This document shows, in pieces, positions 34,400 to 46,100 of a stretch of 64,000 bases of DNA. The notes below the pieces were generated by a model that saw only the letters and a program-made list of their open reading frames with translations, was not told the DNA's origin and searched no databases. The position numbers were made by a program, and so were the translations under genes. The DNA is taken from contig MU008210.1 of the NCBI GenBank assembly GCA_010909165.1, forward strand, positions 62,001-126,000, given 5' to 3'. Every line of letters begins with the position of its first letter. Position 1 is the stretch's first letter. This DNA is from Anthoceros angustus (lineage: Eukaryota; Plantae; Anthocerotophyta).

Positions 34400-37300
34400 T
34401 GTCTTGGGCAGCCCTTTGGTTAGGACATCGACTACATTCGATCTTTGTGTGCACATATTTCAATATGGCGCCCATAGCTACGGCTTGTCTAATAAAATGA
34501 AACTGTATCTCTATGTGTTTAGACCTAGCGTGTAGAATAGGATTAGCTGTGAGTGCGATGGCTGATTGATTATGTACTTTGAAGGCGTAGGTTTGGTGAC
34601 CGGTGGATGCCCTCAAGGTATCCTAGGAGAATTCTCTTAACTGTGATAGGCCCCATATTCGACCGGTTGATGAAAGCGAGGCTCGAAAGACACAGGAAAC
34701 AATGGGCGGGTCCATGGCCAGTAAAGGCGCCTACAGCTCTATAGGAATAAAATGGGCCATGTCCTCTTTTTGAGATTCGATCCTTGGGCAATCCTCGGAG
34801 TTTTCTCAATTTGATACAGTGTTGAAGCAGGTTAAGATCAACTAGGTTAAACTTGGTTAACAATTGTGATGAAATGAGGACGATGTATTGTAACCTTTAT
34901 GCACTCGGATCAAAGAAAGCTGGATCCCTAAAGGCAAATTTAAGGGTCCCACATCGTCATGTCCCATTCTTGGGATAAGGCTTGCTTGATTTCTTGCGAG
35001 ATCCTGCTCATCCATGGCGAAGAGGAAGTTATCATCAGCGTAAGTGCTATAATGCATATCAGTTTTCTCTTCAAAACATATCGCTCATCGTCAAGAGGTT
35101 CGAAATCCAAAGCCTTCAACTTTTCCTTCGTGCATTCCAAACGTGCAGTTGTTTTAGTCCATAGAGAGACTTTTGACTCACATACCTTGTCTTTGTCAAT
35201 GATGTACCCTTGAGGTTGGTGCATGAAAATAATCTCGTCAAAGGCCGTTCAAAAGGCCGTCTTGACATCCATTTGATGGACCAAAACTTGGCCCTTGCAT
35301 AGCGATAATATTCTCATTGAGGTAGGTTTTCGTGGATCAAACGTTTCGTTATAGTCCGACCCTTGAATCTGGGTATAGCCCCTTCTAATCGGGCTTTATA
35401 GCGAGCCCGATCCATCGGGTTCAATTTCAATTTAAATACCCACTTAGAGGTAATTGCTTTCCTTAGTGGTAGGTCCACTAATTTCCGGTTCCATTTGATA
35501 TCAAGCTGTATTAGAATCAATTGCCTTTTGCCATTCAGCTTGTGGGCTGACAATGCTTCACGGTATGTAGCAGTGTGTATCGGTGGTTCCATGATTGTGG
35601 AGGCAACAGGCTGGCCGCAAGACTTGAGCGTGGTGCATTGGTGGTTGATTCTCATGGGACCTAGAGGCGAGGGTATCACCGAGTTGATAGGGTGGATTGA
35701 GCCATTAGGATGGAGGCGATGTGCTGGCTGACCTTCTCAAAGGTATGGTGTCTTGCACTAAATCTAAATCGATCGGGTCTAGAGGTTCTTTGGTTGACAA
35801 ATTGATTCGAGTTCATCTAAAATGTCCGGATCTAAATCGTCTAGAATAGGAATTGGGGCTGGTGCTAGAGGTGCTACATGTTGACCTGCAGGGGCTGGTG
35901 CGGCTACTAGGGAGGTTGAATAGTCGCTGATGCTTGCTACATCGGTGTATAGCATCTAGAGGGATGTCTGGAATGAAAGTAACAGTGTCAATATGTTCTG
36001 TATCATCTGCAGCTGAATTTATTGATGTGTGTCCAAAAGCTGATGGTTCAGACAAGGGCATATGACTTGAAATAGACTGAAGATGTCGTGCAAGGATGAA
36101 GCTTTCATTAAAACTGACGCTGCGAGCCAAAGTTAACTGCCTGGTGTAGGGATTGTATAATTTGTATCCCTTTGACTGTTCTGAATATCCAACAAAAACA
36201 TGTTTGGTTGCACGGTTGTCCATCTTGCCGCTTATCTTTTGGGATATATGCATAAGCTGCTGCACCGAAAGTTCGAAGATGACTGATTCTGGGCTTATGC
36301 CCACTCCATCTTTCAAAAGGTGTATAGGAAAATAAAGGCCGAGGAAGCCTATTGCGGACATAATTAACGGGCGTCGCCTCACCAATAACCTCGAGTGAGG
36401 CCGACAAGTGATAGTGTTGCTCGGGACCCGTTCCTAACGTCTGTTATATCTTTCCGCATAGGAATTTTGGGCGGATGAAAGGGACAGAAGCTGGTGGATA
36501 ATGCCATGCTTGGCGTAGGTAGCCCGAATCGACTCAAATATTCTTTTGCATTATCATCGCTTCTTAACTACTTGTCCGATTTGCTTTTCAGCCATCCGAG
36601 GATATAGTCTAAGAACTTCTCATATGTTTGATGTCTATTGTGCAGAAAATAGATGCAGCAATAGTGACTCCATTCGTCTAAAAATGTCAGGAAATAAATT
36701 GCTCCACCAAAGGAGACTGTCGACATAGGTCCGCATATGTCGGTATGAATTACGTCCAAGAGTCCGGCAGCCTTGGTTGGCTGAGGATCAGCATATGGCA
36801 GCTGCGCCATTTTACCTACTTGGCAGTTCTCACAAAAGAGATGATCAGGTACTTTGAAAGATATAGGGTCCTTATACAATTCAGGCTTATTTACAAGTAT
36901 CGATGTATGTTATGCTTGGATAGAGCCGGCTGTGCCATAAAATACTTTGTCTACATCGGACGTGAATCTACAACCATGGCTCTAGATTCTCTGGAGGTCA
37001 GCTCAAAACGATACAAATCATTGAAAGTGACACCCATTCCAAGGACAATTGAGGGATGTTCTGCAGATGTAACATAGCAACCTGAGGGTGTAAAATTCAC
37101 TTGCAGAGCATGATCTGAAATAAGCTTACGGACTGATAAGAGATTTTTCGTCATGCTCGGTACATGCAGAACTTCCTTCAGATGGACCTCCTGTCCAGCA
37201 TTTAACGCCAGCACCACTGTTCCACATCCGGCGATTGATAGACCACTATCGTCTCCCAGCAAGACGAACTGATTAGTTGGAGCATCCAAATAGGTAATAA

Positions 37301-38356
37301 ACTTGTCTCTAGACTGGCATATGTGATTCGTCGCACCGGAGTCGAGAAACCACATGTTTGCATCAGCTTTGGTTAAAGATAGGCAAATTGCAAGGATAGT
37401 TGGTGGTTTAATGCCTTGTGTGTTGCTTGATCCAGTCCACGGCATGTGATTCTGCTCGAGGAGGGCTTCACGCCGGGGCTCACGGCACGCTTCTTCGACA
37501 TTCACTTTCAAAATGCCACAGTCCAGGCACGGGCAAGTTCCCTTTGTCTTCCTCTGCTGTTGGGGATAAGATGGGGATGTGTAAGGTCTCCTTGGACCGC
37601 TGGTGGCACAGAGGCCACGTCCCCTACCTCTCTCGAGGTAAAGAGAACTTGTGTTGAATGTTGTTGCCCCTTCCTGCTGCGATCTGCCGACTCTTCTTGA
37701 GCAATGCACCGATTACCTCTGAAAGTGTAATGGCGGGTGGTGCCCCTGCTGATGTTGATTGGATAGCTTGTCTTATAATTGAATTTTGTGAGCTAACAAA
37801 AGCTCTGTAACTAGGTGGGAGAGATGTTAAGAGAATTATTGCAGCACTGCGGAATATCGGTTCCGCAAGAGGAGAGTTTCGCCCTCAAGGTACGAAACTT
37901 ATGAACATGGTGTTCCACACTATCAGAGTCTTTCATCCTAAGTGCATAGAAAAGCCTTGTTGCGTTCATCAAGGACATAGAGTCCTTTGAAGCAAACATA
38001 TTTTTGAATACTGCCCACACTGCAGCTGACGTGCTCTGTCCCTGAGTGTGCTGAACCATATTTTTATCCAAAGCTGTGAGGATAATGCTCCTTGCCCTTT
38101 TATCCTGTTTGTTCCAGATGGATAATTTATCGGCATCTGTTGTCTTGGCGACTTTCCCAAGTACCATCTCCATGAGATCGTGCTCCTCGAGTAATGCTGT
38201 AATTCGCATCTCCCAAACTGGGTAATCCATTCCATTAAAACGATCTCTGTCTTTGAAGTCGATTTTGTGGTGTTGTTAATGATGGTGTTGGATGGTGTAC
38301 CAAAACCACCTCGCCACCACCACCGACCGCCTCCACCGCCTCCTCCAACTCGACAT
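34400..38356 (-). pseudogene. gag-pol: Element C gag-pol, heavily frameshifted
   Basis: MDYPVWEMRITALLEEHDL; WFLDSGATNHICQ; HTDICGPMSTVSFGG; SKWVFKLKLNP; YADDNFLF; HARSKHIEIQFHFIR. Confidence 0.9.
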
Positions 38357-38519
38357 GCGTGTGTTGATGTATGTGATGCCTAGAGGGTTATGACGACGTG
38401 GATAACGGGGTAATCTATGTGGTGGTGACCACGCATATGGTAGGACTACACCTACCTACAACTATCGTGGATTAGAGGGCCTAGGGTCTTCCTAAACAAG
38501 CTGAAATAGATTCTAAAAT

Positions 38520-39200
38520 CATTCTGATTCGGGATAATCATTAAACCAAAAATTGGATCATAGCAGGATACATCTAGGTTCTTGAGTCTTGTATCGATGT
38601 CGTCAATTAAAGCTCGAATTTTGCTGTTAATTGTAGCAATTTAAGTTCAAGATCTTGGTTGTGCACTAATGCATGCTATGTCCTTCCTATGTTGTATCGT
38701 GATATGATTGGTCCTCTATTAATGCTATCCGAAATTTCAAGTCTCGAAGTTCATGTGGGGAAATGTGAGACATCGTGAGGTGAATGGAGATGGACGGCCA
38801 ATTGGCGTGTTGGCCTAGGGAATTGATCTGCTGAGAGAAAATTAAGGCATGCTTGGGACAATAGGCAGTGCATGATAACTGACTGTACATAAAAGGCGGT
38901 TTGTTCTTCTTCCTCCCTGTCATGTTGATTTAAGAAAATACATTATTGTGCCTTGCGACGCTTCCATTTCTTGAGTGCTTGCCAATGTTGTCTCAAAAGG
39001 GTTCTATAATTCTCCTTCTGGTCCCTCTGTCCGGTCTTGATGTGGTGGATTCCACCAGGGGCATGGTGGTTGGACACATCCATTAATCGCGATTAGCACA
39101 CCAAATTCAGTTGATTGAAATAGGGATTGCAATGACTTGAGTTGAGAAGCGGCTGCCTTTTATATTTCGGGGCCTCCATTTGGTGGTGCATAGGACCATA
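38520..39200 (-). pseudogene. Putative extra ORF upstream of gag in element C
   Basis: RDQKENYRTLLRQHWQALKKWKRRKAQ; HELRDLKFRIALIEDQ; ALVHNQDLELKLLQLTA.KIRALIDDIDTRLKNL. Confidence 0.45.
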
Positions 39201-39238
39201 AGCGAGGCGTTTGTTGCCATAAGGCATGATCGCTCCAT

Positions 39239-39250
39239 GGCTCGATACCA
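39239..39250 (-). promoter_or_regulatory. Element C primer-binding site (TGGTATCGAGCC)
   Basis: Abuts the 5' LTR at 39251. Confidence 0.85.
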
Positions 39251-39520
39251 TAAAGACATTTAGCAATGAGCGAGAATCATCCGAGGGCGGGTGACGTGGA
39301 GCAATACGAGAAAGAAGTGATCGTTAAAGGTTCAATGAAAGTACATAAACCAAGTGTGTAGAAAAATGGCAGCCTATGACCTAGCGAAAACATTATTAAG
39401 TTATTATAAACCTGCTTAACCTAATGAAAAGGTAATAGGTTTTGGCTACCTAGCCCTAGAAGCAATTAATTAAATATTAATAAACCCCGAGTAGGTATGA
39501 CCTAAAACGGGTTTCCAATA
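39251..39520 (-). repeat. Element C 5' LTR
   Basis: TAAAGACATTT...GTTTCCAATA. Confidence 0.9.
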
Positions 39521-40005
39521 AACTGCTCATTTGGAAGGGTTTGTTCCCTGGTTTTCGCATCCATAACGTTTAACAGGTTTGAGCTTGATTTATGTGAGCT
39601 TGCTCTTATTGATTGCATAGAGGGAGCAACAAGCTTGACAAGTTCTTTGCTGGTCTTGACTTAGCCTCAGTCTTGTAAACTTCACTTACAAGCTGCTTGC
39701 TAGCTATGCTGTTGTGAGCTTGGTGTTTTACGTGGATTCGAGATAGACTCTTGCGGTAGCTCAATTGTGAGATTCTTCACGGGAGGAGGGAGGGAGAGGG
39801 GCCTCATGGGCATTGAGCATCTATACGTGCGATTTGGCGGGGGCCTTGGGCACATCAACACCTAGTGGTGTCTTCTCATGTTGTCATATGCATGTAGTAT
39901 GTGCTTGTCATGTCGTCCTCCTTTGTGCGATCCGTCATGCATGGCGGGTGGTGATCTGGTGGCGTCACGGAGTGTGGTATTCTGCAGGTGGAAGTAAGTG
40001 CGGCA

Positions 40006-40297
40006 TTGTTCATCTTGTCATCATGTCACGTTAATACTGTACATTTGTTCATGTTGTCATCGTGTCACGTTGTGACTGTAGGCATCTGTTCATGCTCTCA
40101 TCATGTCACGTTGTGCACTGTAGGCATCTGTTCATGCTCTCATCATATCACGTTGTGCGTGGGCAATTGTTCATCTTTGTCATCATGTCACTTTATGCAC
40201 TTGTGGGCATTTGTTCATGCTGTCATCATGTCACGTTGGGCACCTGTGGGCATTTGTTCATGCTGTCATCATGTCACGTTGTGCACCTGTGGGCATT
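40006..40297. repeat. Minisatellite, ~42-bp unit, about 7 copies
   Basis: Consensus TGTTCATGCTGTCATCATGTCACGTTGTGCACCTGTGGGCATT, repeated head to tail, with more degenerate flanks. Confidence 0.9.
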
Positions 40298-40872
40298 TCT
40301 CCTGCCGTTATGTTGTCATGCGGTGGACATCTTAACAATTACTGATGCCATTGTTATTATGTCACATTGTGGACACACGGGCAGCTAGTCATGCTGGCAT
40401 TCTGTCACATTTTTGGACATGTGGGCACTTTCTCATGTTGTCTTCTTGGGTGGCATGGTGGACATGTTAGCATTTCCTCAAGTTGTCGTGTGCACACTTG
40501 TTTTACGTGTGTAAGTGGGATGCGGCTAGGTTGCACAAGATCAAAAGCATGGCCCGGTGGAAGAAACATGAGTGTGCAGCAGGAGGAGGTTAATACTCGA
40601 ACCCCTTTCGGTGTTGAGAACCCCTTTGGCGAAAATCACTCGGTATCTAAATCATAAAGCCATCACGGTCTCGACAATGGACCATTCTTGGCCCCTGACT
40701 AAGTCATGAACAACACAATTGAGGCATACACGGCGACAGGTGCGGTGCGCGGCTGGCGGCGCTGGATGAAGCCATGATGGAAGAGGGCGTTTTAAATGTG
40801 CACTTGCAAAATGGCACCGATAGACACATGGCATAATGAAGTTTATACGGAATCCTAATACATTGGATCCGG

Positions 40873-43223
40873 TTACTCATGCGGGCTATTCTGGGTCTCA
40901 ACTGGGCCCTGAACAGAAGCAGAATCTAAAACTACAGCTAGGTTTCGCATACGCTCCAGTTCTTCTTCGTCAAAACTGTCATTCTCACCCAAAGCGTTGT
41001 CATCGTTGTTAACCTCCGCGCTTGGACCTGTCGACGACGTGGGAGGTTGCCATATGGTATCCAGCGTTTGCTGTCCTTCCTCCAACAATTCGCCCGTTCT
41101 GGTCTTCATCCTCCTGGCACTCAAAGAAACAACTTGGGCCTTTGAACAATCCTTTTCACTTATACAAACCTCCTTTGCCCAGAACTGCGAAGGGCCTTTG
41201 CGATGGGGCTCGAAGGTAAGCTCTTCTTCAGCATCCGGGAGAACCTCGTATCCGTGGATGCTGGGGATGTATCCGACACCGTAAGTGCCTTGATGGCGTC
41301 GGTTTCTTCCACAAAGGTAATAGTTGTGCCACTTCCCGAGCGTCCACCACCCAGTCTCCTTCTTTTGAGAAGGTCTTGATCAATTTCATCATCAGCCCAA
41401 GAGGCCTTTGGTATGGGCATACCACCAACTTGTCATGGGACAAGTACACCTTCTTTACCACATGTCATGTGTCCTATGACGGACCTCCCATTGTTAAAAG
41501 TGCCATGCATGGCATTCGGCATCATCGACTCGATCCTTTGAACACCCATCTTTCAAGCCCCATCAAGCGGTCACATACTCCACGTTTCAAATCCGCCCCT
41601 ATCATTGCTCATGTTAGTTTTATCCCACGAAGACACCGGGCCACCCTTCTTACACCACTGCGCATCGATTCCCGTCTTGTGTGGGCTTCCTCCACTCCAT
41701 GCATGACAATCATGCGGAAGTCTTGTAGTTTTCTCATGGCTGAAGCCATACTCAACATAGTGGCATCCATCCGTTTGTCCATAGGCCCAATATCAAAGCC
41801 TCAGGCACATCCATGACTAAGTGTACCTCCTCACCCGAAGGTACCGCATCTCAAAATATCTCGCTTCTCCACTTGGTAATGAACCTCCTTCTCGATCAGG
41901 AATGTAAAATGTGCAGCCCTTCATGAAGATCTGTCGCCACGCTCGTCTTCCAAACTCTTCCAATTATTGATCTCGAAAATGAAATTCTTAAAGTCCTCCG
42001 GCATTTTACGCAAGTTATATCCTTCAATTCTTTGCAGGGCAAAACGATAAGTGCATATCACAGTATGCTGAAACATTATGCACCGATCTCAAAGGCATGG
42101 TGAGGCGCCGGGCGCCTCAACTGAGTTCTATGGAGTGGATCTGGCCGCCGTAAGCAACCGGTCCCACATCACATGTGGAAGTGGCCTCGGCCGGTAGGCG
42201 CTGCAAAACGTTAGGGTTTGAAACTGACATATGAGAGAATTAGAAAGCGATGGGTAGTATGGCACACCTTCCGGTGAATGCTCTGAACCGAGCTATCATT
42301 TCGTCGTCGAATGCAAAGGATATTCCTAACCTCTTGAATGATGAGCAGCCCAAGTGTTTTACCATAGCCACTTGTATAACATGAAACTTCTTCCGTAAGG
42401 TAATCTCCTCATCCATACCTTTTAGGTCGATAATACTGTCAACACCTTCTCGTCGATGAGTATCGTGACCGCACTCTCAGTGGAATCCCTTGGAGCGATT
42501 TCCACGGCTTTGCTAGCATATCCTTGACTTCACGTGTGATGTCAACAACCTTAGCCTCCTCTTGTACCTTCCGTTTGCCTTTGCCCTTCTTACTTGTTAG
42601 AACATGTTTTCTGCTCGCAATTCTCCAGCCTCCCATTTTGAAAATATTCGATCCACGTTGTCCCAAACCTTCCCCTCCTTTGCAATGCATAAGATGTGGG
42701 TCCGATTGTCCACCTTATTCGCTTGTAAACTCTTCCGACCTCCGTCGTCCTCAATCAAGCCCAATACACGGTATAGGTTGAATTTCCAATTCATGGTCAT
42801 CTGGACATCATCTCGCTGGCAATAAGCAATTCGTCCCTCAAGTACACGCTCAATGAAGGACATCTTCTTCCTTTACATCGTATTGTTGTGCATTGCGGTA
42901 CTAGCATTTCCAACGTCATTAATACATGAGCTTCCACATATTGGGCGTGTTTTCCCGGAGATATATCAAATGTTTCATGGCTGCAAAGGTATGGTTCCCA
43001 CCAAGAACGCCCATAACATATTTCTTATACGAACCTTTTCGGTCCAACTTGAGGTTGTCACACTCGTCGGTCGATCATGCAAAGGAGAGGCAACGCCCTC
43101 CTCAATCCTTCCCTTCGATATTACACGAGCCAAATAATTTGCCCATGCCTCGTCCACTCTCCTTATCTGCGCATCGGTGTAATATGGGATCTTTGGTTTC
43201 AAATTCTCCACTTCACTAATCAT
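40873..43223 (-). pseudogene. ParB-like domain plus beta-class N4/N6 (amino) DNA methyltransferase-like gene; frameshifted as read, probably spliced
   Basis: ParB-like QIRRVDEAWANYL...YVMGVLGGNHTFAAM (GGNHT 43002-42988), then AMHNN...KMSFIERV. MTase-like motifs in beta order: HLVMDVP.GFDIGPMD (41811-41803); WDKTNMSNDRGG...NVEYV; CPYQRPLGLMMKLIKTFSKEGDWVVDA.SGSGTT (41419-41322); RRFV.SEKD (~41170). Candidate GT-AG intron 42267-42201. Confidence 0.75.
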
Positions 43224-43350
43224 TTCTGAACCACCTTCTTGGAGTAAGCGAGTCCCGAATTCGTGTCAAAGTGCATCTCGATAGCATCCTCCGGCCTTTC
43301 CTCTGCATACGAACATGAGCAGTGGCAATGTTTTCCGGATGGTCCCCTTT

Positions 43351-44010
43351 CCTCCATCTCTCTTGACTTCTTCTTCCCACTACTGCGCCACGCCGCCCTT
43401 GCTCGTCCATCCGTGGCGGCGAGACATCGTAGGTGCTCTCTTCGTTTTCCACCTCGCTCCACCACATCACACAGCTCCTCTTCCGCCTGCGGCCGCGCCG
43501 GCCGTCCATCTCCCCAGCAGGCTGACAAACCGGTTTGGGTTTGGGGTCATCAGTCTTCCCCATCCGCCCAGTCGGGCGGCCCGGCGCCACAGTGTCATCC
43601 ATCGATGCGGACGGTGGAACAAAATGCAAAGTTCATGATGTCTCTGCATCCCTATCCGTCTTGGTCTGACCCTTCTCCATCTCTCTTGACTTCTTCTTCC
43701 CACTGCGCCACATCGCCCTTTGCTCGTCCATCCGGCGGCGAGAGACATCCGTAGGTGCTCTCTTCGTTTTCCACCTCGCTCCACCACATCATGCCTGGCT
43801 CCTCTTCCGCCTGGGCCGGCCGGCGCCTAGTCCATCCCCCAGGCCCAGGCCACCCGGTTTGGGTTTGGGGTCATCAGTCTTCCCCATCGCCCAGTCGGGC
43901 GCGGCCGGCCGCGCCACGGTGTCATCGCGATGCGGACGGTAGGAACAAAGTGCAAAGTTCATGATGTCCTCGCATCCCTATCCTCGTCTTGATCGCTGAC
44001 CCTTCTCCAT
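43351..44010. repeat. Tandem duplication of ~325 bp upstream of the ParB-like domain
   Basis: Units ~43351-43674 and ~43675-44004. CTCCAT-containing microhomology (CCTTCTCCAT at 43671 and 44001, CCTCCAT at 43351). Confidence 0.85.
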
Positions 44011-44049
44011 GACCCGGCACATAGGATCGGGCCATCATCCTCGTCGGAT

Positions 44050-45209
44050 GGTCCGATTCACTCTGCATCACTGCCATCTGCATCATCCTCATTCTGCTGC
44101 TCTCGCCTCTCCTCATAGACAATACGCACTGTGCTAGATGTCAGACACCTTTCCACTGTGATCGATAAGAGCTCTTCCTACAGGGTGGCTGCCGCAAACA
44201 TGATGCAAATCGGAGGAAAGCACATCGTGAGACACAAACTGAACAAAACAAAATTTACATGTGAACATGGCATATCTGTGCTTGTCGGTTGCCGCATTGC
44301 TTCTCGAAATACCTCGACAAGCTCGGGAGGACCACATTTCTTAGCATGAAACCCAAGGACGCCAGCTCATACGCCCTATACATTTGAGGGTCTTGAATCA
44401 ACTGCGTCAAACTCACGAGGCCTTGTTGTGCAAAACAACGTGAACAAGGTTCTTCTCGTCCATGTCCGTCGCCCATACTACCCATCCAGCCCTCGCTCTT
44501 TGGTTAGGCAATGCTCCCTGTAACCCATGATCCACAATTTCAATAGTGGAGTCGAGCGTTCTCATCCTCGCTCGCATCACGTGTCACCATCAATCTTTCT
44601 CAAGCATTAGCAGGATCCATCGAGCATTCGACGCGAATGATCACGTCTCCTCGTAGGTGAAGGCGAAGGAATGGCGGCACTGAGGCTTTGTGACTTCTCC
44701 ACTCCGGCTCCCCTCTTTCCACCGTTGTTGAGGCGTCGAGGCTAGCGGTTCGCTGCCCGATGCATGCCACCCTTGGCTTGCACCACCTCCCGATCATCAC
44801 CGATGGCTGTCGCTCCCAAGTCCCTCGTGCACTAGCCGCTTCTCCACCTGGATTTCTTGTTTGGGGAGGAGGTCGGTGGCAGCGCCGCATCCAAATCCTT
44901 CTTGCTCCGTCGTCGCTTGCCGCCGTTCACAGGCCGCCCGAGGTGAGCTACGAAAACAAAGTTGCATCACTCACAAATTGGGCTTGAATGGAAATTGTGG
45001 AGTTCTCGCCTGCAGGATGCCTTGTGCACCGTTGACACGGAACACGCTCTTTGCAAAGGCGCTGCGTAGGTCCCTCCTTCACACGCCGCCACACGGTGAT
45101 GGGCCTCTCGCCTGTGGGCGTTACTTAAGTGCGCGAGGTTGAAAGTGGAACCGTTACCAAAAGGACTCTTAACCCCTGGACGATTAGGGTTACCCACCAC
45201 GTTAACCAA
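44050..45209 (-). pseudogene. Possible 5' exons of the ParB-MTase gene, unknown domain
   Basis: Same strand as the gene, with protein-like fragments WVVWATDMDEKNLVHVVLHNK / VSLTQLIQDPQMYRAYELASLGFMLRNVVLPSLSRYFEKQC and RIVYEERREQQNEDDADG. Linkage is inferred only. Confidence 0.35.
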
Positions 45210-45679
45210 AGTTAGAAACCACGATGTCGTGTGAAATTTGGTAGTTAAGTGGACCTTATTCTCCTATGCATGTATTTATGACCTTGACTTATCCATCGAT
45301 TCGTGGCTGTTATTCTTATCCGCGTGGCGGACCGCGATATCCTGCCTCATTGGATTTCCTCGCCGTTATGTGCAATGAAGTCGCGTGCGAGGCGTGGGTA
45401 CTAAGTTGGCGCTCGACGCAAACCACACTTACCAACCATTTACGTTTGCGAGTCTAGCGGGACTTGTCGACGGCCGACTACCGGCAATGTTAGCGCGACA
45501 CACGATATGGAGGGCGTGGTGGAAAGTGCACCGTATGTCATGTCGAATCATTTGTGCTATCACCGGTGCTTTATTAACCCGGCAGAGTTCACATTTGCCG
45601 CGCGAGCCGGCTTATGTAGTAGGCCAGCTGCGAACCAGCGTCTGCTTTGCATGGTGGTGTGGGTGGGGTCTTAGGACCG

Positions 45680-46100
45680 GAGGGCGTAGAAACCGCTCGA
45701 TGTCGATCCCAACTTCTCCGTCTTGCCTCGCTTCAAATTCTCGAGCTTAGGCGGGCGCAGCCTTCTTGGTCAATCCCACGGAACCTTTCCAGAAGGCATC
45801 CTTGATCTTGAAGATGGCGGAGGCGTTAGGGTGGCGGTACTTCCTCCCGGTACCAGCCCGGCATTCCCCGAAGGACCCCACAGGCATTTGGATGAGCGCA
45901 TCCGAACCTTCTCAGATTGAAGTTTGCGAGACACGAAATCCTCCACGAAGGTTTCAGCGTCCCTCTCCTTCTTACCTCCAAAGAAATCGCTTGCTTGTCG
46001 ATGTTGCCATCGCGCGACCAGCGAGGTTGAGAAGCTCACCTTCTTGCGCTGACTTGTGCTACTTCTTCCTCGCGATCTGACAAATCTACCGCGCTTACCT
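45680..46100 (-). pseudogene. gag: Athila-like gag N-terminal fragment, truncated
   Basis: FFGGKKERDAETFVEDF...KDAF.ERFR...AKLENLKR...ERF, downstream of the PBS. Confidence 0.6.

Larger units (their letters stand above)
33502..39520 (-). mobile_element. Ty1/copia element C (relative of A), TA...TA-type termini, TSD not confirmed
   Basis: LTRs 33502-33797 and 39251-39520, both ending TCCAATA. PBS 39239-39250, PPT 33798-33807. Contains gag, PR (WFLDSGATNHIC), INT (IHTDICGPM), RT and RH fragments. Confidence 0.9.

Noticed and set aside
33497-39525. Target-site duplication for element C
   Set aside because: Left AAGCC does not match right AACTG. It may be a read error or recombination, so it is not claimed.
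40006-40297. CRISPR-like regular repeats
   Set aside because: Units are head-to-tail with no unique spacers, there are no cas genes, and the context is eukaryotic. It is a minisatellite.
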